From contig CBDETY010000003.1 in NCBI GenBank assembly GCA_965243025.1, positions 3,232,001 to 3,296,000 on the forward strand: 64,000 nucleotides of DNA, in the 5' to 3' direction. The stretch comes from Candidatus Latescibacterota bacterium (lineage in GTDB: Bacteria; Latescibacterota; UBA2968; UBA8231). The notes under the pieces were generated by a model. That model saw only the letters and a list, made by a program, of their open reading frames with translations, did not search any database and was not told the origin of the DNA. This document shows, in pieces, positions 18,353 through 28,480 of the stretch; position 1 is the first letter of the stretch, and each line of letters opens with the position of its first letter. Both the position numbers and the translations under genes were made by a program.

Positions 18353-19912
18353 TCAGCCTCCCGTCCGGGCCCAGTCAGGGAGCACCCCTGGCTCGATGCC
18401 GAACAGCAGCGGGCCCATGGCGCGGAAAACCAGGGTGATCACGACGGCGCCGACAAGGTTGAGGAAGATGCCGACCCGCGCCATCTCCGAGACCCTGACG
18501 CGGTCGCTGCCGAAGACCACGGCGTTTGGCGGCGTGGCCACCGGCATCATGAAGGCGCACGAGGCGGACAGGGTCGCCGGGATCATCAGCAGCAGCGGGT
18601 GAACCCCGGCCGACACGGCGACGGCCGCGAAGATGGGGAGCACCATCTCGGTGGTCGCCGTGTTCGAGGTGAGCTCCGTGAGGAAGGTGATCGTCAGGCA
18701 GATGACGAGGATGAGGACCAGAGGCGGCACCGAACCGAGCCCGCTGAAACCGTCGCCGATGAAGCGGGCCAGTCCGGTGGCCTGGAAGCCGTGGGCGAGG
18801 GCGAAGCCGCCCCCGAACAGCAGCACGATGTTCCAGGGCAGCCCGCGCACCACGTCCGGCCCCATCAGGGTCCGGGACTTCGCGCCCGGAGACCGGGCCG
18901 GCACGAGGAACAGGAGGCTGGCCATGGCGATCGCCACGGTGCCGTCGTCGATCAGGTTGCCGTACGGCAGCAGGGCGGACCAGCCGGGAATCGTCAGCCC
19001 CCCGATCTCGATCGGGGCGCGGAAGACCCAGAGCAGAGCGGTGGCGGCGAACACCGCGAGGATCACCCGCTCCTCGAAGGAGACGGGGCCGAGCTTGCGG
19101 GCCTCCGACTCGAGGATCTCCCGGTCGACGGCGACCTCGGCCGGTATGCGGAAGAAGACCTGCGTGATCAGCAGCCAGGCGGAGGCGAGCATGAGCACGG
19201 AGATGGGGGCGGCCATGACGAACCACACCCCGAACGATATGTGCGGCGCCTCCGGGAAGGTGATCTGGAAGATCCGCTCCAGCGAGAGGTTCGGGGGCGT
19301 GCCCACGAGGGTGGCGATGCCCCCGGCAGAGCAGGCGTAGGCGATCCCGAGCATGATGGCCACGGAAAAGGCCCGCGTCGGCTCCCGGCCGAACTGCTCC
19401 TCCATTCTCAGGATCACCGCGAGGCCGACCGGGATCATCATGATCGCCGTGGCCGTGTTGGAGATCCACATCGACAGGAAGGCGGCCGCGAGCATGAACC
19501 CGAGCACGATTCGCGCCGGCCCCCCGCCCACCGAGCGGATGACCCACAGCGCGATGCGGCGGTGGACGTCCCACTTCTCCATGGTCAGGGCGATCATGAA
19601 GCCGCCGAGGAAGAGGACGATGGTGCTGTTGAAGTAGACCGGCGCCGTGGCGCGGGTCTGCTCGATCCCGAGCAGCGGGTACAGGAGCAGCGGCAGGAGC
19701 GCGGTCGCGAACAGCGGAATCGCGTCGGTGATCCACCAGGCGGCCATGAGCAGGGCCACCGCGGCCATGCGCGTGATCTCCGGCCTGCCGGGCTCGAGGT
19801 CGAGCAGCAGGGTGAGCGCGAACAGCAGCGGTCCCAGCCACAGGCCGATGCGCTGCCCGCGCGACCGGGTTTCGCCGGAGGCCTGGGGGGCAGGGTCGTG
19901 AGTTCCGGTCAT
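18353..19912 (-). CDS. SLC13/DASS sodium:dicarboxylate or sulfate symporter
   Basis: SMWISNTATA, GGIATLVGTPPN, TELTSNTAT, AFMMPVATPPNA. Confidence 0.93.
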   Translation of the reverse strand: MTGTHDPAPQASGETRSRGQRIGLWLGPLLFALTLLLDLEPGRPEITRMAAVALLMAAWWITDAIPLFATALLPLLLYPLLGIEQTRATAPVYFNSTIVLFLGGFMIALTMEKWDVHRRIALWVIRSVGGGPARIVLGFMLAAAFLSMWISNTATAIMMIPVGLAVILRMEEQFGREPTRAFSVAIMLGIAYACSAGGIATLVGTPPNLSLERIFQITFPEAPHISFGVWFVMAAPISVLMLASAWLLITQVFFRIPAEVAVDREILESEARKLGPVSFEERVILAVFAATALLWVFRAPIEIGGLTIPGWSALLPYGNLIDDGTVAIAMASLLFLVPARSPGAKSRTLMGPDVVRGLPWNIVLLFGGGFALAHGFQATGLARFIGDGFSGLGSVPPLVLILVICLTITFLTELTSNTATTEMVLPIFAAVAVSAGVHPLLLMIPATLSASCAFMMPVATPPNAVVFGSDRVRVSEMARVGIFLNLVGAVVITLVFRAMGPLLFGIEPGVLPDWARTGG

Positions 19913-19970
19913 GCGGCTTCCGCGTGCCCGGTTCTCGAAATGCGACTCATTTCTCTTGTAGCAGGCTGGA

Positions 19971-22067
19971 TCATCTGAGGAAGAGAAACCTCAACGAATG
20001 CACTCCGCCGGAGTGTTGAAGGCGGGTCAGATACACCCCCGAAGTCAAAGCCGCTCCCTCCTGGTCGCGGGCGTCCCAATAGACCTCGTAAGAACCTGCC
20101 GCATGGACTTGATCCACCAGGATGCGCACCGGCTGGCCAAGGACATTGTAGATCTCCAGCCGTACGGGGCCGGGATCGGCCAGGCGGTAGGGTATCCGGG
20201 TGGTCGCATTGAAAGGATTGGGATAGTTGGGTCCCAGTCGGCTGGTGGCGGGGACCCCGGTCGAGGCCCCAGGGGTCGCGGCCAAGGTTGGGACGGGTTG
20301 GGGTAAGTAAAGTGCAATTTCTCCCGCAGGCTCGGGTATTGAAAAAGATAAAATTTCGGAATCATCCACATCCAAACCGGCTTGTTTGATTTCACTGAAG
20401 CCGTAGTAGGATCCCCATTCCGGAAACAATTCAACCGCCGTCCAGTGCAACCTTCTTCTGACTGCGTCCAACGCAATGCTTACGGGATATGTTTTTGGAG
20501 GTCCATGGGCAGGTCGTTCCTGGACCTCGGCCTCGGGAGGGAAAGTTTCAACATTGGAACCATCCAGGTCCGCCAGCTGAATCCTTCCGTGGTCCGTCCA
20601 GTAAATCTTGCCTTCCACTCTATCAACGGCGATCCTCCTTGCATCGGATGACCATGACCTGACCAGGACTTCCGCATTGGAACCGTCCAAATCCGCCCGA
20701 TGAATCCCAGTCCGGTCCGTCCAGTACATTTTCCCCATGGCTTCATCAATTTCAATCCCAAATGGATGGGATAATCCTTCAATCAGGTATTCCTCAGCTT
20801 CCCCATCCAGGTCCGCACGTCTGATCCTGTCGTATTCCGCCCAGTACATTTTGCTTCCAGTTTCATCCAGGTCGATCTCCTTGGGATCCAGCAGCCTCGA
20901 AATCAGAACTTCCGCATTGGAGCCATCCAGATCCGCCCGTTGAATCGCCTGCCTGCCTCCATCCGTCCAGTACACTTTCTTCCCGGCCCCGTCCACGGCA
21001 ATTCCCCTCGGAAAAAAGGGGAAGGAGATTCGGATGAGCTCTTCGATATCTTTGGTATTGAAACCGTTAAAATCAGTGCCATCATAGTCCGCTCGTCGAA
21101 TCTTGTAGCCGTTGGTCCAATACAACTTGCCCGCTGCCGAGTCGAAGGCGTAACCCCATGGAAGCAGGAAATCGACATTTTCGGGGTTGGAACCATCCAG
21201 ATCGGCGCGCTTTTGGGATTCCAATGGGGGACCATGCAGCCATTGATATTCCCTCCAGTAAATTTGGCCTCCCGCGGTATCGACGATAAGGGAAGAAATT
21301 GCGACCCTGCCACCGGGCTTATAAATCCCCACGACATTAGATCCGTCCAGATCGGCCCTGTAGATCGCAGCACTATCCCCGTCAAGTTCCACCCAGTACA
21401 AGTTGCCTTCTCTCACATCCAGGGAGAAGTCCGTAACCAGGCGGCCCCTTTCTTCCCCAAAGATCGCCACCAGGTTTTCGACGTTTGAGCCGTCCATATT
21501 CGCCCGCCGGATCCCCGAATCACCATTATCCCCGGAATCGAGATTGAGCCAGTGCCAGTACATCTTTGCATTTGCAACATCCAAAGCAAGGGTTTCGACA
21601 GGGCCGTATTGCTCGGTTAGTGAAATCAAGGTTTCAGCATCGGAGCCGTCCAGATTTGCTCGTTGGATCGTTGCAGCACTTGACCAGTACATCTTTCCCC
21701 TGTCCGCATCGAGGGAAATTTGCCCTGCATCGAGGGAAGTTTGCCCTGCACCAACACCCTCTACAAGATCTTCGACATTGGAGCCGTCCAGATCCGCCCG
21801 GCGAATCGTGCCGCGGTCTTCAATCCAGTACACCTTGCCGCCTGCCAGGTCCAGGGCGAGATCCAATGCCTTGGGGCCTTTTCTTACGATGATCTCGGAA
21901 TTTGAACCATCCAGATCGGCCCGCTTGATAAAATGAGGGTAAGTCATGGTGGTCCAGTAAAGTTTGTCGGTATCGGTCGAAGGCTGACCGTAGGCGGTCC
22001 CCTAAAGGCCGAGAATCGTTGCGAATATCGACGCCATTATCTTTCGGCTGGCAACATGCAGTTCCAT
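19971..22067 (-). pseudogene. YWTD (LDL-receptor class B) repeat protein with C-terminal FlgD-Ig/T9SS-type domain, interrupted by in-frame TAG in the signal peptide
   Basis: ATG 22067 with GAGGTGG RBS gives MELHVASRKIMASIFATILGL*GTAYGQPSTDTDKLYWT. TAG at 22002-22004, same frame as ORF 19971..21947. Many KMYW..RADLDGS repeats and NYPNPFN. Confidence 0.7.
21706..21750. repeat. 21-bp in-frame tandem duplication
   Basis: gcatcgagggaaatttgccct / gcatcgagggaagtttgccct, encoding AGQTSLD-AGQISLD. Confidence 0.85.
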
Positions 22068-22099
22068 TAACCACCTCTTCGATAGGCAGCGGCCGCTGA

Positions 22100-23080
22100 T
22101 CAGCGGACCAGGTGTCCGAAGCGGTACCAGCGGACGGAATGTTCATCGCCGATCGAAAGGTACACGATCCCCGCCTTGGCGTGCAGAAGGGCGTGCGGAA
22201 CCGGTCCATGGATACGGCTGTCGGAACTGTTGTCCCGGTTGTCCCCGAGGAGGAAGTAGTGGTCCTGTGGGACTTTGAACGGCTCCGGGATCCCCATCCC
22301 GGCATGTCGAGGCCCTCGGTAGACGCCCGGATCCCCTGGCAATGGCTTCCCGTCTATGTAGAGCACGGTGTCGCGCAGGGTAATCCTTTCTCCGGGCAGG
22401 CCCATGATCCGCTTGACCACCTTCTTCCCCGGGTTCCTGGGGTGCTCGTAAACGACAATATCCCCTCGGCGCGGCTCAAAGGTGCGGGCCCATCGCGTGT
22501 CGGTAGTGATGTTGTCGCCCTGAAGCAGGGCAGGCTCCATGGAGCCGGATGAAATCCTGAAACTCTGCAGATACCGGTTGAGCTCTCCGGCGACGGCCGC
22601 GTCGATCCAGACCGTCAATGCCAGGGCGGCCAGGGCAATCAGCCGCTCACACCGCAACGGGGGCCGGGTGCGGGTGACGAAGGTTCCGCCGATCAGGTCG
22701 TGCAGGCCTCTCCTGGTTCGTGTAAACGGAATCAGCAGAAAGGAGGACCCGAGCAGAAGGGAATGAACGAGGGTGCGAAGCAGGCTGCGGCGAAACGAGA
22801 CAGGCCGAAACAGCCGGTCCACGACCGCCAGTCCGAAGAGGATCTTTCCGGGCGACCTGCGTCCTCCAGCATTCAGGAAGGCAAGACCGCCCAGGCTCGC
22901 CGCCACGCTCCCAGGAAACCACACAAACAGGAAAAGCCTCAGCAGCGCTTCCGTGCTCATGCCTGCATCGAGATGAAGAACCAGGAGAAGTAGAGCGGCG
23001 GACCCGAGGGTACATACCAGCGAGTCGACCAGAGCACTGGCGATGCGCACCAGGAAACCCGGGTATTTCCTTTCAGTCAC
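22100..23080 (-). CDS. lepB: RDD domain fused to signal peptidase I (S26)
   Basis: N-terminal YPGFLVRIASALVD..SPGK..R..RGLHDLIGGTFV (RDD). C-terminal ISSGSMEP (Ser), VVKRIMG (Lys), GDNRDNSSDSR. Confidence 0.85.
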   Translation of the reverse strand: MTERKYPGFLVRIASALVDSLVCTLGSAALLLLVLHLDAGMSTEALLRLFLFVWFPGSVAASLGGLAFLNAGGRRSPGKILFGLAVVDRLFRPVSFRRSLLRTLVHSLLLGSSFLLIPFTRTRRGLHDLIGGTFVTRTRPPLRCERLIALAALALTVWIDAAVAGELNRYLQSFRISSGSMEPALLQGDNITTDTRWARTFEPRRGDIVVYEHPRNPGKKVVKRIMGLPGERITLRDTVLYIDGKPLPGDPGVYRGPRHAGMGIPEPFKVPQDHYFLLGDNRDNSSDSRIHGPVPHALLHAKAGIVYLSIGDEHSVRWYRFGHLVR

Positions 23081-23275
23081 TCTGAACCGTATCCGAAAGA
23101 GAGCCTGAAGATGAAATCAGAATACGAGAACCGCCTGTTTCAGCAACTGTCGTGTGGCTGCGGAAGGGGATCTTTCCACGGAGCAGGAAAACTTCAGCGC
23201 CTTGCCCGGCACTCCGCACCGGCGTAGGGTTGGTGCGAAACGCCAGCCACCACCGGTCCCGCCGGGCATGAGGTC

Positions 23276-24130
23276 ATGACCGAACTGGAACTGAGCGCGG
23301 CCGAGCACAGCGCGCGCAAACTGAAACCGGAGCACCTGCAACGGGCGGTCGCCGCCCTGCAGGAGGACGGCTTCGTCGTCCTTCACGGGGCCATCGATCC
23401 CGCGCATATCGAAACGCTGCGCGAGCGCATGCTCGCCGACGTCGACAAGATCCTCGCCCTGGCCGACGTCCCCTACCAGTTCAACGACGGCCACCTGCAG
23501 CAGGACCCGCCCCCCTTCCCGCCCTATCTCTTCCGCGACGTGCTGGTCAACGACCTCGTCGTCGAGGTTACCCGGGCGGTTCTCGGGGACGGGGTCAAGA
23601 ACGCCTTTTACAGCGGCAACACCTGCCTGCCCAACACCACCCGGCAACCGCTCCACGTCGACGCCGGCCAGCTCTGGCCCGGTCTCGAGGCGGCGACGCC
23701 GGCCTACAGCCTGGTCGTCAACGTGCCTGTCGTCGACGCCACCCCGGAAAACGGCAGCACCGAGCTCTGGCCAGGCACCCACCTCGACACCACCCGCGCC
23801 ATCGACGACAGCGACATCAAGCTGCCGCCGGCGATCGAGGAGCGCCTCCGCGGCGAGCACCGGCCCCTGCAGCCGACGGTGCCGGCCGGCAGCGTGCTGA
23901 TCCGCGACATGCGCCTCTGGCACCGCGGCATGCCCAACCTGAGCGGCCAGCCGCGCCCGATGATCGCCATGATCCACTGGGTGCACTGGTGGGGCACGGA
24001 CAAGCCGCTGCTGTTTCCCAGGGGAACGGAGGAGTTGTTCGCGGACAGCCCGCTGGAGACGGTAGCCGAATTCGTTGACGGGCGGATCGACTACATCAGC
24101 CGCAACCGGAAGTACGATTACCCGGGGTAA
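23276..24130 (+). CDS. PhyH-family dioxygenase
   Basis: DGFVVL, LHVD, NGSTELWPGTH, RDMRLWHRG. Confidence 0.9.
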   Translation: MTELELSAAEHSARKLKPEHLQRAVAALQEDGFVVLHGAIDPAHIETLRERMLADVDKILALADVPYQFNDGHLQQDPPPFPPYLFRDVLVNDLVVEVTRAVLGDGVKNAFYSGNTCLPNTTRQPLHVDAGQLWPGLEAATPAYSLVVNVPVVDATPENGSTELWPGTHLDTTRAIDDSDIKLPPAIEERLRGEHRPLQPTVPAGSVLIRDMRLWHRGMPNLSGQPRPMIAMIHWVHWWGTDKPLLFPRGTEELFADSPLETVAEFVDGRIDYISRNRKYDYPG

Positions 24131-24175
24131 GCCCCGGCTCGGAGCACCAGGCGCGGGCAACCGGGGGACCCCCCT

Positions 24176-24922
24176 CTACTGGCGGCGCTGGTAGGCTATG
24201 GCGTAGAAAGCCCGGGTGCGGCCGCTGCGGTTCGGCTCGCTGCGGTGCCAGGTGTAGTTGCTGAAGAACAGCCCGTCTCCGGGCCTGGTGTCGATCAGCT
24301 TCTCGCGGGTTGAATCGACCTGCTCCGGCGGCACCCGGTGGCGTTTGAAGGGCCGGAAGCCGTCCTCCCCCAGCGCGCACATCGGCGGATCGTCGTAGTA
24401 GGACTCGTGCTCGATCAGGCGCCAGCCCCGGTGGCTGGCCGGCATCACGGCGAGGGCGCTCGCTTCCACCCCGACCTCGGTCAGGGGGATCCAGCAGTTG
24501 CAGCCCAGCTCCGGATCTATCCTCCAGTAGAAGGAATCCTGGTGGAAATAGCTGCGGCTTCCCTGCTCTTCGACGATGGCGGCGTGCTTGACCCCTACCT
24601 GGTCGGTGAACCGCTCGACCGGGCCCCCGAGCAGGGCCGCCATGGCCTCGATCAGGCGGGGATGGTCGGCGATCCGGGCGAACACCTCCTCCCGGCCGGC
24701 CGGCTGCTGAATGCCGCCCGGCAGAGGGCCGCCCCCGGGGGATTGATAGCGGCCGGGATCGAGGACCTGGAAGTGCCTGGCCGGCCAGTCGGGCAAGGCC
24801 TCGGCGATCTCCATGGTGCGCTGCCGCGCGGCTTCGACCAGGTCCCCGGGAATCGGTTCCTCGACAAGGGAGTAGCCTTGTTCGCGGTATTGCCGCAGGT
24901 GGGTTTCCGTGGTCAAAACCAT
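24176..24922 (-). CDS. PhyH-family dioxygenase
   Basis: EQGY, FHQD, VMPASH, PGDGLFF..WHRSEPN..R. Confidence 0.9.
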   Translation of the reverse strand: MVLTTETHLRQYREQGYSLVEEPIPGDLVEAARQRTMEIAEALPDWPARHFQVLDPGRYQSPGGGPLPGGIQQPAGREEVFARIADHPRLIEAMAALLGGPVERFTDQVGVKHAAIVEEQGSRSYFHQDSFYWRIDPELGCNCWIPLTEVGVEASALAVMPASHRGWRLIEHESYYDDPPMCALGEDGFRPFKRHRVPPEQVDSTREKLIDTRPGDGLFFSNYTWHRSEPNRSGRTRAFYAIAYQRRQ

Positions 24923-25173
24923 GGTCGATTCCTTGGGTACCTATTCATCCATCCCTGTCTCAGTGGACATCCGTGCGGTCGAAGAACAAGCGATCCGGGA
25001 AGGTAAGAGGCGTCCGCGGTTGCGCCAGGCGTGGTTCTTTGCGCATCCTGGCAATCCAGTGGTACCTCATCACGCAGAAACACAGTTTCTTCCGACCTTA
25101 TTTTCCGTCATCGTCCCAACTGAAGGGGGCCGCCAACACCGCAACCTTCCCCGAGTGAACGGCTGAACCTGGG

Positions 25174-26307
25174 ATGTCGACAATGAGAATCAGCGATCAG
25201 GGCACCATCAACCGCGGCCTGCCCGGCACCCGGCGGGCCTTTTCGACCTTTCCCGCGGTCATCCCGCTGGTCGACGGATCGCTGCTGGCCAGCTACCGCG
25301 CCGGCAGCGGCAAGGACTCGGCCGACGGCACGGTCGAGCTGAGGCGCTCGGAGGACGGCGGGAATTCCTGGGGCGCGCCCGAATCCCCTTTCGCCACGAC
25401 CCTGAACGGGCTCGAGGGTTCCCTCAGGGTCGGGTACATCACCGACCTGGGGAACGGCCGCCTGTTGCTGGCCGCCATGTGGGTCGACCGCCAGACCTTC
25501 CCGGGGCAGCCCCTGTTCAACGAGGAGACCGAGGGCTGCCTGCCGATGGAGGTCGTCCTGGCCGATTCCCACGACCTGGGGCGCACCTGGTCCGGGTGGC
25601 GCCCCGTGCCCGTCCCCGCGGACGTCGGCCCGCCGAGCCTCACCAACCCCGTGCTGGTCCTGCCGAGCGGCCGGCTCGCCCTGAGCATCGAGACCAACAA
25701 GACCTATGAGGACCGGGGCAGGTGGCTGCAGCGGGTGGTGTACCTGTACTCGGAAGACCGGGGCCGGACCTGGGGCGATCCGGTCACCACCTGCCAGGAC
25801 CCCACCGGCCGCATCTTCCACTGGGACCAGCGCGCCGGCCTCTTTCCCGACGGCCGCCTGGCCACCTTCACCTGGACCTACGACCGGGAGACGACCCGGT
25901 ATCTCAACATCCGGCGCCGCCTCAGCGCGGATGAAGGAGCGACCTGGTCCGCCGCCGAGGACCTCGGTTTCGCCGACCAGGCGGCGCATCCGGCCATCCT
26001 GCCGGACGGACGGGTGGTCCTGGCCTGGGTCGACCGCTTCGGGTCGCGCTCGATCCGCGCCCGCCTGGCAACCGCCGCCGACGCCCCCTTTGACGCCGCC
26101 ACCGAGGTGGAGCTGTACCGCCAGACAGCCGGCGGCTCCCCTTCCGCTGCCGGGCATGAGGACACCGGCGAACTGCTGGCCGAGATGGGGCTGTGGAGCT
26201 TCGGCCTGCCCTTTTCAGCGGCCCTGCCGGACGGCGGCGTCATGGTCGTCTACTACGCCGGCGACGACTCCTGCATGGAGGTGCGCTGGGCCCGTCTGTT
26301 CCTGTAA
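25174..26307 (+). CDS. BNR/Asp-box sialidase-like protein
   Basis: Asp-boxes SEDGGNSW, SHDLGRTW, SEDRGRTW, SADEGATW. Confidence 0.85.
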   Translation: MSTMRISDQGTINRGLPGTRRAFSTFPAVIPLVDGSLLASYRAGSGKDSADGTVELRRSEDGGNSWGAPESPFATTLNGLEGSLRVGYITDLGNGRLLLAAMWVDRQTFPGQPLFNEETEGCLPMEVVLADSHDLGRTWSGWRPVPVPADVGPPSLTNPVLVLPSGRLALSIETNKTYEDRGRWLQRVVYLYSEDRGRTWGDPVTTCQDPTGRIFHWDQRAGLFPDGRLATFTWTYDRETTRYLNIRRRLSADEGATWSAAEDLGFADQAAHPAILPDGRVVLAWVDRFGSRSIRARLATAADAPFDAATEVELYRQTAGGSPSAAGHEDTGELLAEMGLWSFGLPFSAALPDGGVMVVYYAGDDSCMEVRWARLFL

Positions 26308-26381
26308 GGGGTGCTGTCCTTCACCGGTTTGCAGGGCCGCCGGCTGCTCGGCCCTTCAACGCGCGCCTCTTTGCAACCGAT

Positions 26382-27128
26382 TCATACATCCAGAACATAG
26401 CGGGCCAACGGACCCAGGCGCCGAGCCGTCTCCGGGCGCAGGTACTCCCTCTGGTCGGTCTGCTGCGGGTGCTCGCGGGCGATGAAGGCGCAGTGCAGGG
26501 TGCGCCGCTTCGCGCCCGTCCGGTTGCGGCTGCAGCTGTGCCACAGGCTGCCGTTGAAGATGCCGACCGAGCCGGCCGGGGCGGTCAGCTGGACCTCGTC
26601 CTCCCGGGGGGCCGTCCGGTCCTCGACGTAGGCCTCGATCTTCTCGGGCAGCAGATGCGTCCCGGGCACCACGCGGGTGGCCCCGTTGCCGGCCGTGAAC
26701 CCGTCGAGCATCCACATGGAGTTGACCACGTGAAAGGCAGTGCGGTCGCCGCCCCAGTCCGGGTGCAGCTGCTGCTCTCCACGGCCGGGCAGGGGGTCGT
26801 GGCCGTTGAGGGAGTGCAGCTTGAAGGGCCGCCGCAGGACGTGCCAGACCGCCCGCAGCAGCGCCGGGTGGAGATAGACGCGGTCGAACACCTCCCCCTT
26901 GTTCGCCAGGTCGGAAAGACGGCGCACCCCGGGCGTCAGCCCCACTTCGCTGCCGGCCTGGTCTCCCTCCTCCCCGGAAAGGCGCTCGAAAGCCTCGGCC
27001 AGCTCCGCGCGCCAGGCAGGTTCGATGATGCCGGGCAGAACGGTGAACCCCTGCCGGTCCAGTTCCTGCAGATGGCGCTTGGGCAAGGTACCCGGCCCCA
27101 CCCCCAGCTTTTCCAGGACGGGGTCCAC
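26382..27128 (-). CDS. PhyH-family dioxygenase
   Basis: QGFTVL, LHPD, NGATRVVPGTH, LWHSC..N..R. Confidence 0.9.
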   Translation of the reverse strand: MDPVLEKLGVGPGTLPKRHLQELDRQGFTVLPGIIEPAWRAELAEAFERLSGEEGDQAGSEVGLTPGVRRLSDLANKGEVFDRVYLHPALLRAVWHVLRRPFKLHSLNGHDPLPGRGEQQLHPDWGGDRTAFHVVNSMWMLDGFTAGNGATRVVPGTHLLPEKIEAYVEDRTAPREDEVQLTAPAGSVGIFNGSLWHSCSRNRTGAKRRTLHCAFIAREHPQQTDQREYLRPETARRLGPLARYVLDV

Positions 27129-27131
27129 TGG

Positions 27132-27923
27132 CTATTCGCGGTAGATGACGGGATTGCGGTCCGGGTCTTCGAGGAACGCGGTAAGGCCTTCGTGGCGGTC
27201 CCCGACGGGGGCGGACTTCTCGGTGCGCATGTGGATGGCCAGGCTGCGCCGGGGTCCTGCCGAGCGGTTGGGACCGCTGCCGTGGAAGGTGAGGCAGTGG
27301 TGGAAACTGGCGCCGCCAGGAGGCAGAAGGGCGGGCACCTCTTCCCAGGACCTCCCCTCGGGCACGGGAATGGCCGCGCGCTGGTCGTCGAGGTCCTGGC
27401 GGAAGAAACCGCCGTCGTCCAGCAGGCCCCACTCGTGCGAACCCCGCACAAAGCGCATGGGGCCTGAATCGGCGGTCACGTCGCTCAGGGCAACCCAGGC
27501 GGTAAACAGCTCGCTGCCCTCCTCCCACACCTGCCAGTAGTGGCGGTCCTGGTGCCAGCCGATGTTGAGCTCCGCCTTCCCTTCCTCGGGTTGGGGCGGT
27601 TTGTACAGCAGCTGCGTCCACCAGACCTGCACCATGCGGGCGCCGGTTACCCGGGCGCACCACCGGCCGAGGTCGGGGTGGCTGACCAGGGCGCGGATGC
27701 CGAGGTCGGCCTGCTGCGGCAGCTCTATCTTGCACAGCTCGTTCGGGTCGTCCCCGGGGCTCCAGCGCGAGCCATGGGGAGGTTGTCCGGCGTCGTAGCG
27801 GCCCTCGCGCACCGCGTCCATGCCGGCGACGGCGGCCTGCACGACGCCGGCAGGCAGGACGGGCTCTGCGGCCAGGAAGAAACCGTCTGCCAGGTATTGC
27901 TGCTGGATGGTGGAAATGGCCAT
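27132..27923 (-). CDS. PhyH-family dioxygenase
   Basis: DGFF, WHQD, WVALSD..GPMRFVRGSH, FHGSGPN..RR. Confidence 0.9.
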   Translation of the reverse strand: MAISTIQQQYLADGFFLAAEPVLPAGVVQAAVAGMDAVREGRYDAGQPPHGSRWSPGDDPNELCKIELPQQADLGIRALVSHPDLGRWCARVTGARMVQVWWTQLLYKPPQPEEGKAELNIGWHQDRHYWQVWEEGSELFTAWVALSDVTADSGPMRFVRGSHEWGLLDDGGFFRQDLDDQRAAIPVPEGRSWEEVPALLPPGGASFHHCLTFHGSGPNRSAGPRRSLAIHMRTEKSAPVGDRHEGLTAFLEDPDRNPVIYRE

Positions 27924-28162
27924 GGCGTTCTCCGAAAAACCAGAAAATAGGGTGTGAAGGATCATGTACCACAAGCGATCCCTGCTGCCCTCGCGGGAGG
28001 CACTCCGGGAGCCGGCCCGGCTCGAGCCCGGGACTTTCCCAGCCCCGCGAAAACCCCTCGAGGCCGGACGGACCGGCTCATTCGTCCGAATGCCGCGCGC
28101 ACTTGTCCGTATCGCTTGCCCGGGATTAGTGATGTGTGACTATATGTGAAGGAGGAAACACA

Positions 28163-28363
28163 ATGGCGACAAACCTGGCGATAGACCCGATGCTGCTCGA
28201 CAAGGCGTTGGAAGTCGGCGGCGAGAAGACGAAGAAGGCGACTGTCAACCGCGCCTTGCGGGAGTTCATCGCGCGCAGAGAGCAGGAACGGCTCCTCGAT
28301 CTTTTCGGAAAACTCGACTGGGGCGAGGAGTTCGACTACAAACCCGAACGAAGCCGCCGGTGA
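28163..28363 (+). CDS. vapB: VapB-family antitoxin
   Basis: AAGGAGG RBS and MATNLAID..L..A..GG.KTKKATVNRALREFI. Confidence 0.88.
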   Translation: MATNLAIDPMLLDKALEVGGEKTKKATVNRALREFIARREQERLLDLFGKLDWGEEFDYKPERSRR

Positions 28364-28455
28364 CGCTGTTTGTGGACACGAGCGAAATGCTTGCCGACCT
28401 CGACTTCAATCACATGGCAAAGTGGACGGCAGACGAACTCTGGCCCGCCCGCTGA
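28360..28455 (+). pseudogene. vapC: VapC (PIN) toxin collapsed to a 31-aa remnant
   Basis: GTGA overlap with vapB. MTLFVDTS (PIN N-terminus) is joined directly to EMLADLDFNHMAKWTADELW (resembles the PIN C-terminal D-x-D-F). Confidence 0.7.
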
Positions 28456-28480
28456 CCACCCGGAAGGAGGGACCGATACC

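Noticed and set aside
22002-22004. Genome-wide TAG reassignment or pyrrolysine
   Set aside because: TAG ends many intact genes here (for example 2301, 17101, 29311, 63875). Only one internal TAG was found and it lies in a signal peptide.
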